Source: Mobula hypostoma
Lineage: Eukaryota
Length of the DNA: 64,000 nucleotides
Direction of reading: 5' to 3'
NCBI RefSeq assembly: GCF_963921235.1
Contig: NC_086097.1
Location: forward strand, 50,098,001 to 50,162,000
Shown: piece after piece, positions 35,400-48,074 of the stretch
Numbering within the stretch: the first letter of the stretch is position 1
Layout of the letters: every line of letters starts with the position of its first letter
Translations under genes and position numbers: made by a program
Notes under the pieces: model-generated
Databases searched by the model: none
Told to the model about the DNA's origin: nothing
The model's input: only the letters and a program-made list of their open reading frames with translations

Positions 35400-38200
35400 C
35401 CTTCTGAGATCAAAAGTAGATTAGAGCAGGAGCAATTAAAGGGGGAGGGGTGGCATTACTAGTCAGGAAAGCTGTCACGGCACTGCTCAAATAGGACAGA
35501 TTGAAGAGCTTGTCTACTGAGGTAATATAGGTGGAACTGAAAACTCAGGGATGACCACGTTACAGTATAGGGATTATGTTATAGACCACCCAACAGTACA
35601 CAGGATTTGGAGGAGAAAATTTGTAGAGGGATTGCAGACTGTTGTGTGAAACATAAGGTTGTGATAATAGGCAATATTAACTTTCCACATATTGACTGGG
35701 ACTCCCATACGAAAAAGGGCTGAATGGGAACAAATGGAAACAACTTGAGGAGTATAGCAAGTACAAGAGAACACTAAAAGAGGAAATCAGAAGTGCCAAG
35801 AGAAAGCATGAAGCTGCTCTCGCAGACAAAATGAAGGAGAATTCCGAGAGATTCTACAGATATATTAAGAGCAAAATGATAGCAAGGGACAAAATTGGTC
35901 TTCTGGAAGATCAGAGTGGTCATCTATTCATAGAACTAAAAGAGATGAGGGAGATCTTAAATGGATTTTTTGCATCTGTATTTAATCAGGAGACAGACTC
36001 AGAGTCTAGAGTAGTGAGGCAAAGCAGTAGTAAGGTCATGGAACATACTGTATACAGATTGCAGAGGAGGAGGTGTTTGCTGCCTTAAGGAGAACTCAGG
36101 GTGGATAAATCCCCATGGCCTGACAAGGTATTCTCTCAAACCCTGTGGGAGGCTAGTGTAGAAATTATAGGTGCCCTAGTAGAGATATTTAAAGCGACTT
36201 TAGCCTTGGGTGAGGTACTGGAGGATTGGAGGAAAGCTAATATTGTTCCATTGTTTAAGAAAGGCTCTAAGAATAATCCAGGAAATTATAGGCTGGTGAG
36301 CCTGACATCAGTACTGGGTAAATTACTGGAAGGTCTTCCAAGGGACCGGATGTACAAGAATTTGGATAGACGGGAGCTGATTACACATAGTCAGCATGGC
36401 TTTGTGTATAGTAGGTCAGGTCTAAGCAATCTTAGAGTTTTTTGAGGAAGTTACCTGGAAAGGTAATGAAGACTAGGCAGAGGATGTTGTCTACATGGAC
36501 CTTAGGAAGATCTTTGACAAAGTCCGGTACAGGAGGTTGGTCAAGAAGCTTTAGTCTCTTGCCATTCAAGATGAGGTAGTAAATTTGATTGGATATTGGC
36601 TTCATGGAAAATAGTAGTAGGTGGTTGCCTCTGACTAGAGGTCAGTGAGTAGTAGTGTGCCACAGGGATTGGCAGTGGATCCGTTGTTTGTCATCCATTA
36701 TCCAGATCATTGATATCATGTGCTAAACTGGATCAGCAAATTTGCAGATGACAACAAGATTGGGGTGTAGTGGACAGCAAGGAAGACAATCAAAGCTTGG
36801 AGCAGGATCTGGACCAGCTGGAAAAATGGGCTGAAAAATAGCAGTTAGAATTTAATGCAGTCTCATGTGGGGCATTGCACATTGGGAGGACAAATAAGGG
36901 TAAAATTTGCACGGTGAGCAGTAGGGCACTGAAGACCTGTGATCATCACAAGAAATAGTTTAACTTCCCTTTGGACCAAATAAGAGACCAGCGATAATAA
37001 AAAGAGCAGAGGACAATGAAGGCTACCAGTTGGCTGTGTGTGCCAACATCACCAGCCTCATCTCTTGGCTAAGCAGAGAATACACGTTTTTTGCATAGTC
37101 TTATAAGATTCCCTGGCAGACACTTCTGACATTCTGCAACCTTAGCCTTAGTGCAAGCCAAGTGCCCCTTGCCATTCTTCCAACAAGGGTCGGGGTTCAA
37201 AGTTCTGGATCATTGAGATCTCTTCTGGGGAAATTATAACCTGTACAAAAAGTAGAAGTTGCATCTGCATCCGAGGGAGACCAATATCCTTGTGGGCAGG
37301 TTTACTAGAGTTGTTGGGGAGAATTTAAACTCATTTGTCAGGGGGGTGGGAACTGGAGTGACAGGGCTGAGGATGGGGCAGTTGGTGTACAGGTAGATGC
37401 AGTGTGTAGTGAGGCTGAGAGGAAGAACGGGCAGGTGATAGGGCAAAATTGCTCTCAGTGGGATGAGTTGAAGTGTAACGTAGGAGCAAAATTGAAAATG
37501 GTGATAAATACAGGCCAGAGGGTGTTGTATTTGTATGTATGCAGTGCATTGTATGTATGCAGTGTATGAAATAAGGTAGATGATCTTGTTACATAATCAG
37601 AAATTGGCAGGTACTACTGAGTTGTGACTGAAAGAAGATCACAGTTAGGAGCTTAACATCCAAGGATACACACTGTGTCGAAAGGACAGGCAAGTAGGCA
37701 GAGGGGATGGGGTGGCTCTGTTGGTAAAAAATGAAATCAAATCTTACAAAAGAGGTGACATAGGATCAGAATATCTAGAATCCTTGTGGGTAGAATTAAG
37801 AAACTGCAAGTGTAAAAGGACCGTGATGGGAGTTATATGCAGGCTTCTGATAGTATCAAGATGTGCAGTATAAATTACAACAGGAGATAGAAAAGGCATG
37901 TAAAACAGGCAATGTTACAAGAGTCATGGGGAATTTCAATATACAGATAGGTTGGGAAAATAGAAGTCTCAAGTTCCTTTGCACCTTGGATTTTTAAATG
38001 TTCTGCCCATTTAGAAAATAGTCTATGCTTTTGTTCTGCCTACCAAACTGCACGACCATATACTTCCCAACATTGTATTCCAACTGCCACTTCTATGCTC
38101 ATTCTTGTAATCTGTGTAAGTCCTTTTGCAGCCTCCAGCTTCCTCAGCATTACCCACACCTCCACCAATCTTCGTATTGTCTTCAAACTTGGCCACAAAG
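35400..38200. mobile_element. CR1 cluster: (+) ~35400-36930, (+) ORF1-end/APE ~37150-37960, (-) ~37965-38200
   Basis: ORFs KENSERFYRYIKSK and EDWRKANIVPLFKKG...NYRLVSLTS. Confidence 0.85.
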
Positions 38201-38204
38201 CTAT

Positions 38205-38720
38205 CAAAGATTCAAAGTACATTTATTATCGAAGTGTGTATGTAGTATACAACCCTGAGATTTGTCTTTCTACAGACAGCTATGACACAAAGAAACACCA
38301 TGGAACCTGTTCAAAGAAACCCTCATACACCCAACGTGCAAAAAAAAAGAACAAATCATGGAAACAGTAAAATATCAAGCAAGTAACAATGGAATATTGA
38401 ACATCAAACTGCAGAGTCCTTGAAACAGTCTAGGAATGTTCAGTTTAGTTCAATTTAATTTAGCATTGTTATTTGTTGACTGCAGGCTGCTGAATCAGTT
38501 CATCCCAATCAAAATCGCACAAAATAGGAATAATAGTAAAAAAAAACAGTAACTAGAAACAATATAACATGATCTACAGCATCCTCTAAAAACAAATCCA
38601 ATCCACAAACCTCACCAATCAAACCTTGCCCAATACCCAAGGCTCCTGCACCTTCCTCCAGCAGCAGTGAAGGAGAGCAAGAGAGAGAGAGCGATCGGTC
38701 AAATGAAGGCAGACAACGCT
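38205..38720 (-). mobile_element. Rex1-associated 3' end or non-autonomous element
   Basis: Minus-strand end ...cgataataaatgtactttgaatctttga, like the ends near 57330 and 58890. Confidence 0.55.
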
Positions 38721-38726
38721 GAACAC

Positions 38727-39556
38727 TGTTATGTACCCCGTAACTGGGTTGCCAAACCAGCAGAAATGGACCACTAGTTGGAGTCTGGTTTACTAGAAAC
38801 TAATAAAGTTTTATTAAAGAAATAAGTAACACAGTACTCTAATGGTAAGGATATAAATGCAACAGGTTAGCAATGATAAAACAGACATGTACACAGAACT
38901 AGGGTAATAGGAATCAACCAAGCTCTATCGCAGTCTAGGGGTAAAATGATCAGTCTCAAGTGACGCAGAATTCAGTTCAGCTTAGTACTGTTCGCAGTAA
39001 TTGCTGTTGTGCCGTTGGAGAGAGAGAGAGAATGCAAATTTGATTCAAGCACACCTTTGATGTTCTTTGCAGTTGGCTTTTGGGCGGACCCTTTTATGTC
39101 TTTTGTGGTCACCGACTGTGACCCCTCCGTTCCGGATACGACCGTTCTTCCGCGGTGAACCCGGCACCCAGGTGAGGGCAGACACACACACCAGGTTCCC
39201 ACCGATCGTACGCTTTTCACCCTGTGCGTCTATGGTCGGTTCCCGCGAACCAGACCTCCAAATTGCCACCAACTTGTGGGGGCACACCGCTCTTCCAGGG
39301 CCTCGTTATCTCGTGATCTCGTGGTGTGTGTGTGCCTTAGCGAACCTGTTCTTTTTATCCCCCTGCTGAGGTATCGCCTGTCCATCAAACTTCAAACAGT
39401 TCAGGTTCAAAGCAACTGGTCTGTCAATATTCTGAATTGTGTCTCTTTTCGTTACCTCTCTCTCCTCTCTCATTAACATTTTGAATGTTTCTCCATTGTC
39501 TCCCTTATCTCTCTCCCATTAGCATCAATCTTCTGATAACTTGGTCTTTCGTCACA
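38727..39556. mobile_element. Solo LTR (Gypsy-like), 4-bp TSD ACAC
   Basis: acac|TGTTATGTACCCCG...GTCACA|acac; same family as 53970-54843. Confidence 0.9.
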
Positions 39557-39789
39557 ACACCAACTCATCTTCCGCTCTCATCCTCATTGATTTCAATCTT
39601 GCCTGATGCTTTCATCAGTGAGTTGGTCGAGAATTGGAGCCAATCAATGGGTTTGCAGTCCACCATTAGGCCACACAGTCCATTCCCAACCTCACTCACA
39701 ACCATGCCAAATTCCCTTGGAGATAGCAAAGCGCCAGTTTGCTCAGTCGACCCAAAAACACGTTTAAAATGTAAATTACAGGCTCACTT

Positions 39790-42365
39790 CTGTCATCCAA
39801 ATCATTAACATATAAAATAAAAAGAAGTAGTCCCAATACAGAACCCTTCAGAACACCATTAGTCATTGGCAGCCAACTTGGGAAAACTCCCTTTATTCCC
39901 AATCTTTGCCTCCTGCCAATCAGTCAATCCTCTATCCATGCTAGCATCTTTCCTGTAATACCAAAAGTTTTTAATCTTGTTAAGCAGCCTCATCTGCAGC
40001 ATTTTGTCAAAGGCCTTCTGAAATTCCAAGTACACAACATCCACCATTCTCCTTTCTCTATCCTGCTTGTTGTTTCCTTAAAGAATTCCAACAGATTAGT
40101 CAGGCAAGATTTTCCCTTGAGGAAACCATGTTGACTTTGGCCTGTTTTTATCATGTGCCTCCAAGGACCCTGAGACCTCATCTTTAACGATCAACTCCAA
40201 CATCTTCCCAACCACTGAGCTCAGGCTAGCCGGCCTACAATTTCCTTACTTCGGCCTCTCTTCTTTCCTAAAGTGAGGAGTGACATATGCAATTTTCCAA
40301 TCCTCCAGACCATGCCAGAATCTAGTGATTCTTATCAATCTCTCCACAATCTCCCCTGCCAACTTTTCCAGAATCCTCAGCAGCAGTCCATCTGGTCCAA
40401 GTGACTTGTCCACCTTCAGATCTTTCTGCTTCCCTTCTCCCTAGTAATAGCAATTGCTCTCACTTTAATACTGATACGTCCCCCTCAAATTGCAAGGTGA
40501 AGTCTATCATTATATGATCACTGTCTCCTAAAGGTTTCTTTCCTTTAAACTCCCTAATCAAAGCCATTTCGTTATACAACATCCAATTCAGAATAACTTT
40601 CCCCTAGTGGACTCAACCACAAGCTGTTCTAAAAAGCCATCTCGTAGGCACTGTACCAATTCTCGACACCAGCTTGGTTTTCCCACAAGGATTCTACATC
40701 TTCCGATCCTATGTCACCTCTTTCTGAGGCTTTGGTTTCACTTTGTTACCAACTGAGCCACCTCACCACCTTTGCCTACCTGCCTGTCCTTTCAGTGCAA
40801 GTATATCCTTGATGTTAAGCTCACAACTATGATCTTTCAGCCACATCTCAGTGATGCCCACAACGTCATACCTACCAATCTCTAACTACGCCAGAAGATC
40901 ATCGATCTTATTCTGGGTACTGGGTGCATTCAAATATAACACCATCAGCACTGTATTCATCACCCATTTTGATGTTGTCTCATGTTACTCCGAAAGTCAT
41001 CCCACTGACTGCATTTTTGCCCTATCAAAATGTGGAGAGTATTCCGATTGGCTGCATCACCATCTGGTAAGGGGAGGGTTCTACTGCATGAGATAGAAGT
41101 TGCAGATATTTGTAAAACTAGCTCCATCGTGGGTACTAGCCTCTGTATTATCTAAGCCGTGTTCAAGGAGCAGTGCCGCAGGAAGGTGGCATCCATCATT
41201 AAGGATCCTCACCACCCAGGACACTGTTACTGTAGGGAAGGAGTTACAGAAGCCTGAAGGCACAGCGATTGTATAATATGTAACTCAGTTTTTTTCTCTA
41301 TATTTATTTATCATGTATTTCATTGTACTGCTGCCATAAAGTTAACAAATTTCATGACAAATGCCACTGAAATTAAACCTGATTCTGATTCTTTCACCCG
41401 CCTTGGATGTCCTTCCTGACAGTCTCACTTAACACTGCATCTAGTTGTATACCAACTGCCCTATCCTCAGCCCTGCCTCTCTCTTTCCCAAACCCCTTGA
41501 ACAGATCTAGCAGACTTACCCACACGGATGTTGGTTCCCCTCGGGTTCAGGTGTAACCTGTCCCTTTTGTAAAAGTCATACCTTCCCCAGAAGAGATCCC
41601 AGTGATCCAGAAATCTGAACCCCTGTCCCCTGCACCAGTTCCTCAGCCACGCATTCATCTGCCAAAATATCCTATTCTTGCCCTCACTGGCATGTGGCAC
41701 AGGCTGCAATCCAGAGATTACTACCCTGGAGGTCCTGCTTTTGTTAGCTTTCATTTCAAGAGGGCTAGAATTAAGAGCAAGGATATAATGCTGAGGCTTT
41801 GTAAGGCACTGAACAGACCGCACTTTGAGTATTGTGAGCAGTTTTGATCCCCTCATCTAAGACAAGATGTGCTGACATTGCAGAGAATCCAAAGGAGGTT
41901 CACAAGAATGATCCTAGGAATGAAAGGCTTATCGCATGAAGACCAGTTGATGGCCCTGGGCCTGTATTCGCTGGAGTTTTAGAAGAATGAGAGGAGATCT
42001 GATTGAAGTCTATTGAATATTGAAAGGCCTAGATAGGGTGGATATGGAGAGGGTGTTTCCTATAGTGTGTGATCTGGGACCAGAGAGCACACTCTCAGAA
42101 TAGAGGGACATCCATTTAGAACAGAGATGAGCAAGTTATTTAGTCAAAGGGTGGTAAATCTGAGGAATTCATCGCCACATGCAGCTGTGGAGGCCAAGTC
42201 ATTGAGTATATTTAAAGTGAAAGGTGATAGATTTTCAATTAGTAAGAGCATCAAAGGTTACAGGAAAAGGTAAGAGAATATCATGCAGCAGGATAATAAA
42301 TCAGCCATGATGGAATGAAGGAGCAGGCTTGATGGGCCAAATGACCTAATTCTGCTCCTATGCCT
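39790..42365. mobile_element. CR1 (-) ~39790-41020 and ORF1 ~41395-41745; Rex1 3' end (+) ~41030-41390; CR1 3' end (+) ~41745-42365
   Basis: ORFs VDVVYLEFQKAFDKM and NAWLRNWCRGQGFRFLDHWDLFW; Rex-type tail ctgattctgattct. Confidence 0.8.
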
Positions 42366-42519
42366 TGCAGAATAATACTATGCACCAATAATCAGCCAAG
42401 ACCACCCACATAGCAGACACCCCACCTCTCCCGGAAGTTCTGGGACTCTCCTGCAAATTAATAGTGGCTCCCTGATGCCCACAAATTATATACAATGTCC
42501 CGGAAATTGATTTTTTTTT

Positions 42520-42760
42520 GAGAGCGAGCGTGAGAGAACGCGCAAGAGAGAGCGAGAGAGCGAGCGCAAGAGCAAGAAAGCAAGAACGAGAGAGAGTGAG
42601 AGAGCGAGAAAGCAAGTGCGAGAGAGCGAGAAAGCAAGCGCGAGAAAGCAAGCGCGAGAGAGTGAGAGCGAGAAAGCAAGCGCAAGAGAGAGAGAGCAAG
42701 AGGGAGAAAGCAAGCGCAAGTGAAAGCGACCATGAGAGAGAGAGCAAGAGCGAGAGAGTT
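42520..42760. repeat. GA/GC-rich low-complexity repeat inside the TIR element
   Basis: (gagcga/gagaaagcaagc)n. Confidence 0.9.
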
Positions 42761-42987
42761 CCAAAAAAAGTCAGAGTGGCAGAGTGTTCCAAAAAAAATA
42801 TAAAATGTACGTCACCTCAGACTACACTAAAGTGTACCCCTGCCTAATAGGGGTCAAAATAATGACAGTGTTGCTCGCTGCACTGTTTGCAACAGTGACT
42901 TTTCTATTGCCCATGGTGGGTTAAAATGTAAAAGACATGTTGAGGTGAGTTTAACAGGTGTCATTCGTTCATTAGCATAGCTAACTT

Positions 42988-43167
42988 TATTTAAACTAGC
43001 TGAGAGACTGACTGATCTTTTCCACGGATGCTGCCCGACCTGCTGAGTTCCTCCAGCATGTTGTGAGTGTTATTTAAACTAGCTGAGAGGCTGACCGATC
43101 TTTTCCACGGATGCTGCCCGACCTGCTGAGTTCCTCCAACATGTTGTGAGTGTTATTTAAACTAGCT
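42988..43167 (+). repeat. 83-bp tandem duplication of a Penelope-tail fragment, bounded by three copies of TATTTAAACTAGCT
   Basis: The 14-mer occurs at 42988, 43071 and 43154. Confidence 0.9.
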
Positions 43168-46100
43168 AGCAGGCTGCTAAGGAGCTACTCTACTGCAGAC
43201 ATCCCACCTCCCCCAGAAGTCTCCCGCAACTTGATGATGCTACCTCCCTGAAATGAGTTTTTGTAGGGTGGGATGTCTGACATAGTGCATAATTTTACCT
43301 TTCATACCACTCTACAGGTCACCTACTATACAGCAATTATAACCAGTGAATGAATCTCTGATCCAATTAGTACGTATCTGTAGTTCCTAATGTGTGACAG
43401 TTTGTTTAAAAGCTTAAAACAAAATATACTCTATTCAGAAAATCTCCACTCTGCAAGTGTAAACAATGCTCAAGAACTTTGTGGCTTTGTAATGCTGTCT
43501 AGCAATGAAGTTGTTATTCTCTGATGTTGTGCAATTTATGTAATTTACAGTATTTGGATCATACTGACTTGCAGTGGGTAGGGAAATGCATTGAAAAGCT
43601 AATATTTCCAAGTCAATGAAGTTCACACTCATTCATCCCTAAGAATCCCTTGTGGAACATTAAAAAGGATAATTTTAATCACTTCTGTAAGTTGACTATT
43701 TCAGGATATGATATTGGTAAAGAGCTGAGGTAGAGGCAGCAGGTTTTACTTAACTCCCAACAATTAGATGGAATCAATGTAACAATATGCTACAGAGTAT
43801 CATGTTTTCCTGTACAAGTGATCACAATTGACTAATTCTTTTGTACCTTTTCCTGTAGATTTAAATCCTGTATTAAAGAGGGTGGTTTGTAGACAGGGAG
43901 CAATATGCAACTTCACTCTTGTTTCTCAACTTTTAGGAGGAGTCCTTCTGTTATGAGTTTTCATTCTAAGTATCATAAGTACAGTAACCATAAGAGAGAA
44001 TCATCATAGACCAGAAATAAGTTCCTCGTTTAGGTTTTTCCTCAATAATTGCCAGAATGTCATGGTAGAAAAAGAAGTCAGTCAGATTAATGCACAATTC
44101 ATGCAGTGGCAAAATCACTTTTTAAAATTATCCCTCACTTTCAAGTGACAATCAATGCATTTTCATGAGTATATTGACATGAATTGTGTGACTTTAACAA
44201 ACTTTCTATGTCGGTCATCCCAAGATGTGCAGAATGCTGGTAGCTGCCTCACTAGTGCAATTAACTCTACATAGCACAGGATGTCTAGAACCCTAAATGA
44301 GAATGTATTAGAACAATGCTCTTCTCTTGAAAATCCATATATGAATGTATATAATAATGCATAGTCAATCAGAATAATGTCATTCCTCTTTCACCTCTTG
44401 TAAGTGGGTTTTAATGGCATAGAGTAACATCACAGTGCCCTCTCTAAGGCTGCTGGATGGCTGTTTCCTTTTTCTTTGAGTCCACCTTGGCATCCAGAAG
44501 AAAATCTTGCCCTACTCAGCTGGCTTCAGGCTGAAAAGACAATCTGAGACATCTGGCAGCAGTACATGAATGAGAGCTTGGAAAATTGGGAATGAACATT
44601 GAAGTCCTGTAACCTGCTCGGTGTGTGACCTGAGGGAACCGGGAAGACAGTGCTGTAATAACATGCTGACACTCAGAACACACCACCATTGTTTCAAACT
44701 CCCACTCTAAAGCTGATGCAGTTGACAGACCCTGAGTCACAGATGTTTTGGTCGCTGCTTTCTTTACTTTTCTCTTCTGAGCCATTTCTCTGGACAATCT
44801 GAGCAGTTCTCTGCAGTGAATAGATGTTTGAGTATAGGTTGGGTGGGGTGGGCATACTGTATCTCCTCTGCAGAAGAGAGATGAGTTACTGCATGCTACA
44901 TCCTCAAGTATTTGAACAAAATGCTTATGCATACCATCCTTATGCAAATCCAGCTGATTAATTTGTAATAAGCAACAACTGTTTTCATAGAGAATAGAGA
45001 GTTGCTCATGAATAGCATTTTATGTGCACAATGACCAGCAGTTTAGTCTCAACTAGGATCAGACAGAGTGGAGCTGTATGTAGTAAAAAATTCACTTGAG
45101 TCTGCATGACGTTTTCTGTGAGAAAACTTTTCTTTAAGTTTTATTATTGTTGTGCCACTCAACTAAATGTATTTTGAGGTCATGGAACTTCTTATAATGT
45201 CATTCCTTTGCCTATGAATATGCACTCTCGGAGAAGATAATTGTTGCCCACCTCCTGTTAGGTTGTACTAATGGTGCCCCTAATGCATATGACTTTGCTC
45301 TGGCCATCTATCTTCGTCATGGGTATCGCATTACCTCCCCCTCTTCCTCCAATATGACAGCTATGATGTGAGCAGCTGCTGTCTGGCCGTCGTTAAAGAT
45401 TGCTTCTAAGGGTTGCTATTCTTCTTCGATTGTGCTCAGCAAAGTGGTGGCAGCAGCAATGAGATTGTTGTGGCCCCGTTATGAACTGTAGAGTTATGTC
45501 TTGTTCTGGCAGGAAAACACCCAAATGCTATTGCACAGTTGTTTTTGACCATTTTTTAAACTTTGAAGGCAACAGGATTTGGTTCTAGTGCTAAATGAAA
45601 CATATTTCAGCACATCACAAAAATAAGTGTAATCAAATTTCCTGACTTAAACATTGGTTTCTGTACTCTGTGCCAAAAATGGACTAATGTCAGTCACTTC
45701 AAGGTTCATGTAATATACTAACTATTATTGATTTCATTCTATCACAGAGCCATTCTTTCAATCATTGTATGTGTTATTTAAACATATCATAGGGTTATAT
45801 TTTGTGATGGATAATCCAATAAATTTTGAAAACATCTTTCAAACGTGTAGAAATAATGACTGGCAATATTATCTTTGAATTTTGTCACATATGACAGTAA
45901 TGCCTTGTTGGCTATGGGTGGTAATCACATGGCATGAAATTTATGCAATTGGCAGCATGGGGGAGCTATATTACTTTCCATTGGGACCTCATCACTAATT
46001 ACATGAATCACTCCCAAGGTGTCAATTAATATTACTCTTCTATGGATCTTATTCTGATTGGGTTTTGATTGAAGAAGTGAACTCTTGTTAAATGTTTTAA

Positions 46101-46194
46101 AATGAAACACTTGTTTCCTTTTTTGCTACTAGAACTAAGGATAATTAAGGTGATCATGTTTGCATCAATCAATGAGATTTTATAAGATCATCTA

Positions 46195-47130
46195 GAAATA
46201 AGAGCAAGTGTAGACCATTTGACTTCTTGAGCCTTTTCCATCATTCTGCAAGATAATGGCTGATCTTCTGCTCAACACCATTTTCCTGTCTATCTGCATA
46301 TCTTTTGATTCTTCTAATGTCCAGCTATCTACTGAAGGAGATCAGTGGCTGATACTCCACTGCCTTTTGGAATCAAAAATTCAAAATTCATCGGTTGAGA
46401 ATTATCTTCCCATTCCAGTACTAATTGGCACACCCCTTATTTTGAAACAGCGACTCTAAGTTTATTCAATGAGGGGAAACATCCTCCCTATATACACCTG
46501 TTGAGCCCTCTAAGAAACATATATTTCAATGTGGTCACCTCCTCTTCTTAAATTTAGAGAATAGAGACTACCTACTCAATCATATGACAGATTTCCCATC
46601 CCAGGAACCAGTCTGGTGAATCTTTATCGCACTTCCTCAATAGCAGGAATACAGTTTATTATTTAGAGACCAAAATTGAACGCAATTTTGCAGATGTCTC
46701 CCTACAGCCCTATATAATTGTAATTACACGTCTTTATTTGTACACTCAAATCCACTTTCAGTAAAGACTGTTTATCTTGTTAACTGCCCAGCATACCAAT
46801 GTTTACTTTCAGTGACATACCATACGAGCCCAAGCCCAGCAAGGTATCTTTGATCATTAGCATTTCTCAATCTCTCATCTTTGGTTTACATTACTTTATG
46901 CTACTTTCCTCTCATATGATCCAAAAACATTTTTACGACTGCAAATTCAGCATCATTTTCATTCTTGTATCCATTGTTTTTGATCATTTGATAATATCTT
47001 TTTCTGTCCCACTTGTATCATCGACCAATCCATCATAATTAGCACACCTTATTTATCCAACTTCTTTTCCTGCCTTTTCGCATGAATGATATTATCTATA
47101 TCATAGGGGCAGCTAAGCTGTGTACACTGA
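46195..47130 (-). mobile_element. Old, heavily decayed CR1 3' fragment
   Basis: CR1 tail (tagaaataagagcaagtgtagaccatt) and RT C-terminal remnants. Confidence 0.6.
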
Positions 47131-47224
47131 CAAACTCCCAGATTGAAAAATATTCAAAGTCAATGGCTTAAAATCTTATTTTTAGGATAGTTGTTGGCAG
47201 CAACCTGCAGTTTGCAGAATAACT

Positions 47225-47490
47225 TTTTTTAATTTATTGAGATACAGTGCAGAATAGGCCCTTTGAGCATGCTGCACAGCAATCCCCCAATTTGATTCTA
47301 GCCTAATCACAGAACAATTTACAATGACCACTTAGCCTACCAACCGGTACATCTTTAGACTGTGGGAGGAAATCGGAGCACCCAGACGAAACCCACACGG
47401 TCATGGGGAGAACTTATAAACTCCTTACAGGCGGTGGTGGGAAATGAACTGGGATCACCGGCACTGTAAAACATTGTCTAACCACTATGC
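47225..47490 (-). mobile_element. tRNA-derived SINE
   Basis: Minus strand gcatagtggttag...cagttcatttcccaccaccgcctgtaaggagttt...tttcctcccacagtctaaaga. Confidence 0.8.
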
Positions 47491-48074
47491 TCTGCTTAAG
47501 TCCTTGGTGCCAAGAAAATACAATGTAATTTAGTAACGTTCATGTATCATTACGTAATAGAATAAATAGAAGTATTTTAGCATGACGCTTGAGGGTTTTT
47601 GTTACAATTAACCAAATACCAAAACCCAATTCCAACATCAGTTTAGCTTATCAGTTGCTGAGGTGAAACACAGCTTAACTGAAGGCATATTAAGAAACAA
47701 TTATTCTGACCCAAGGCCTAAAGACCAATTTCGAACCATACATCTTGCAGTCAACGTTTAAAAAGAGATGTGTGGTAATAAAAATATTCCCTTAAATCAT
47801 TTGTTTTTCTACCTATTGAAAGAAAAGTGTTCTAAATATTTAACACTAGAAAACAATTTAACTCAGTTATTAGTATGATTTGCATATTCATGAAAATAAA
47901 TTGATCTAATTTCTCTTCTAAAATTTGTCAATGCAAAGTATTTAATGCATCACATGATGAATGCTACCATTCACAAGTGATAGGTGATAGTTAATTTATT
48001 TTTATTTAGACATTAATTCTTCAGTAATCACTCTGATAATCCATCAGTGTGCTTGGTGAAGAACATGTAGAAAT

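Larger units (their letters stand above)
42414..43279. mobile_element. 866-bp non-autonomous TIR transposon (TIR CAGACAYCCCACC), 6-bp TSD ACATAG
   Basis: acatag|cagacaccccacc...ggtgggatgtctg|acatag; same family as 9493-9585. Confidence 0.88.

Noticed and set aside
42358..42847. RES-rich and LSL-rich ORFs
   Set aside because: Translations of a GA-rich low-complexity tract in a non-autonomous transposon.
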